Shown: positions 63,189-64,000 of the stretch, piece by piece
Position numbering within the stretch: the first letter of the stretch is position 1
Layout: the number at the start of each line of letters is the position of its first letter
From: Macrostomum lignano
Lineage: Eukaryota
Reading direction: 5' to 3'
DNA length: 64,000 bases
Assembly (NCBI GenBank): GCA_002269645.1
Contig: NIVC01000085.1
Span: forward strand, 620,001 to 684,000
Made by a program: the position numbers and the translations under genes
The notes under the pieces: generated by a model
The model's database searches: none
The model's input: only the letters and a program-made list of their open reading frames with translations
Told to the model about the DNA's origin: nothing

Positions 63189-63375
63189 CTGACGAAGCTC
63201 CACCTGAGCGAATCCGGCTGTGCCAGGCTGATGTTGAGCAGGATGCAGAACAGGTGCACTAGGCTGCCCAGCTCCGCTGTCTGAGTTGCATTTGGTCGGA
63301 GCTCGAGAATTCCAGCTGCTGATGATGCTGCCAACGGCTGCTCCATTGGATTTGCGCTGTGCTGTCTCTGACGTG
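63189..63375 (-). CDS. Ig-domain transmembrane gene, upstream exon (Ig N-terminal half)
   Basis: ILELRPNATQTAELGSLVHLFCILLNISLAQPDSLRWSFV (A', B-Cys, C-Trp); donor AG|GTGAGG is phase-compatible with the exon starting at 56877. The 5' boundary is uncertain. Confidence 0.7.
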
Positions 63376-63569
63376 TTGCAACTCGGTGCTTCTTCGATGT
63401 TGGCTTGAGTGACAGGCCAGTTTGTGAAATTATTTTGCGGTATTAGCTATCTGCTTCCGGCTGCCGCAGCTGGTGCGACTGGCATTGAATAAAACTCCAC
63501 TGGCCAATCAGAGGGGAAGCCGGTTTAAATCATTGCGAATGCCCCTGTTAATCACCATGGCCTCTCCTC

Positions 63570-64000
63570 CCGCTCCCTCTCCAGATCTCTCTCCTCTCTC
63601 CTCTCTTCTCTTCCTCTCCTATCTCCTCTCCTATCTCCTCTATTCTATTCCTCTCCTATCTCCTCTCCTATCTCCTCTCCTATCTCCTCTCCTATCCCCT
63701 CTTCTCTCTGCTCTCCTCTCTCCTCTCCTCTCTCCTCTCTTCTCTTCCTCTCCTATCCCCTCTCCTATCCCCTCTCCTCTCTCCTCTCCTCTCTCCTCTC
63801 CTATCTCCTCTCTTCTATTCCTCTCCTATCTCCTCTCCTATCTCCTCTCATATCCCCTCTTCTCTCTGCTCTCCTCTCTCCTCTCCTCTCTCCTCTCTTC
63901 TCTTCCTCTCCTATCCCCTCTCCTATCCCCTCTCCTCTCTCCTCTCCTCTCTCCTCTCCTATCTCCTCTCCTATCTCCTCTCCTATCTCCTCTCCTCTTC
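63570..64000. repeat. (CTCTC/CTATC)n pyrimidine simple repeat
   Basis: Direct inspection. Confidence 0.95.

Overview
Eukaryotic (invertebrate animal) genomic DNA with GT-AG introns. It is rich in transposons and simple repeats. It resembles my recollection of the flatworm Macrostomum, but I have not verified this. There is no CRISPR array, rRNA or prokaryotic operon. Host-type genes reconstructed by hand: (1) a single-exon ~1350-aa protein with ~29 unusual 39-aa Cys-Cys ankyrin-like repeats plus canonical C-terminal ankyrins (19.6-23.7 kb); (2) a spliced coiled-coil-repeat + OTU protease gene, possibly Helitron-borne (34-35 kb); (3) a three-exon Mab-21/cGAS-like nucleotidyltransferase (cGLR-like) with an apparently intact catalytic triad (41.4-49.2 kb); (4) a three-exon Ig-domain transmembrane protein on the minus strand (55.1-63.4 kb). 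Mobile elements: a full-length LOA-type LINE with a 13-bp TSD whose four ORF2 frameshifts all sit in homopolymer runs; a second 5'-truncated LOA LINE nested in a piggyBac-related foldback element; a tyrosine-recombinase (Ngaro/DIRS-like) retrotransposon with a SAP-domain gag; relics of Gypsy, Polinton/Adintovirus, Crypton and Harbinger; at least three tRNA-derived repeat families including a CORE-SINE; and a candidate minimal hammerhead ribozyme. The best leads are the cGLR-like enzyme, the modular 39-aa repeat protein, the possibly active LOA element with a covarying 3' RNA structure, and the piggyBac foldback. All alignments were done by eye and no database searches were run.
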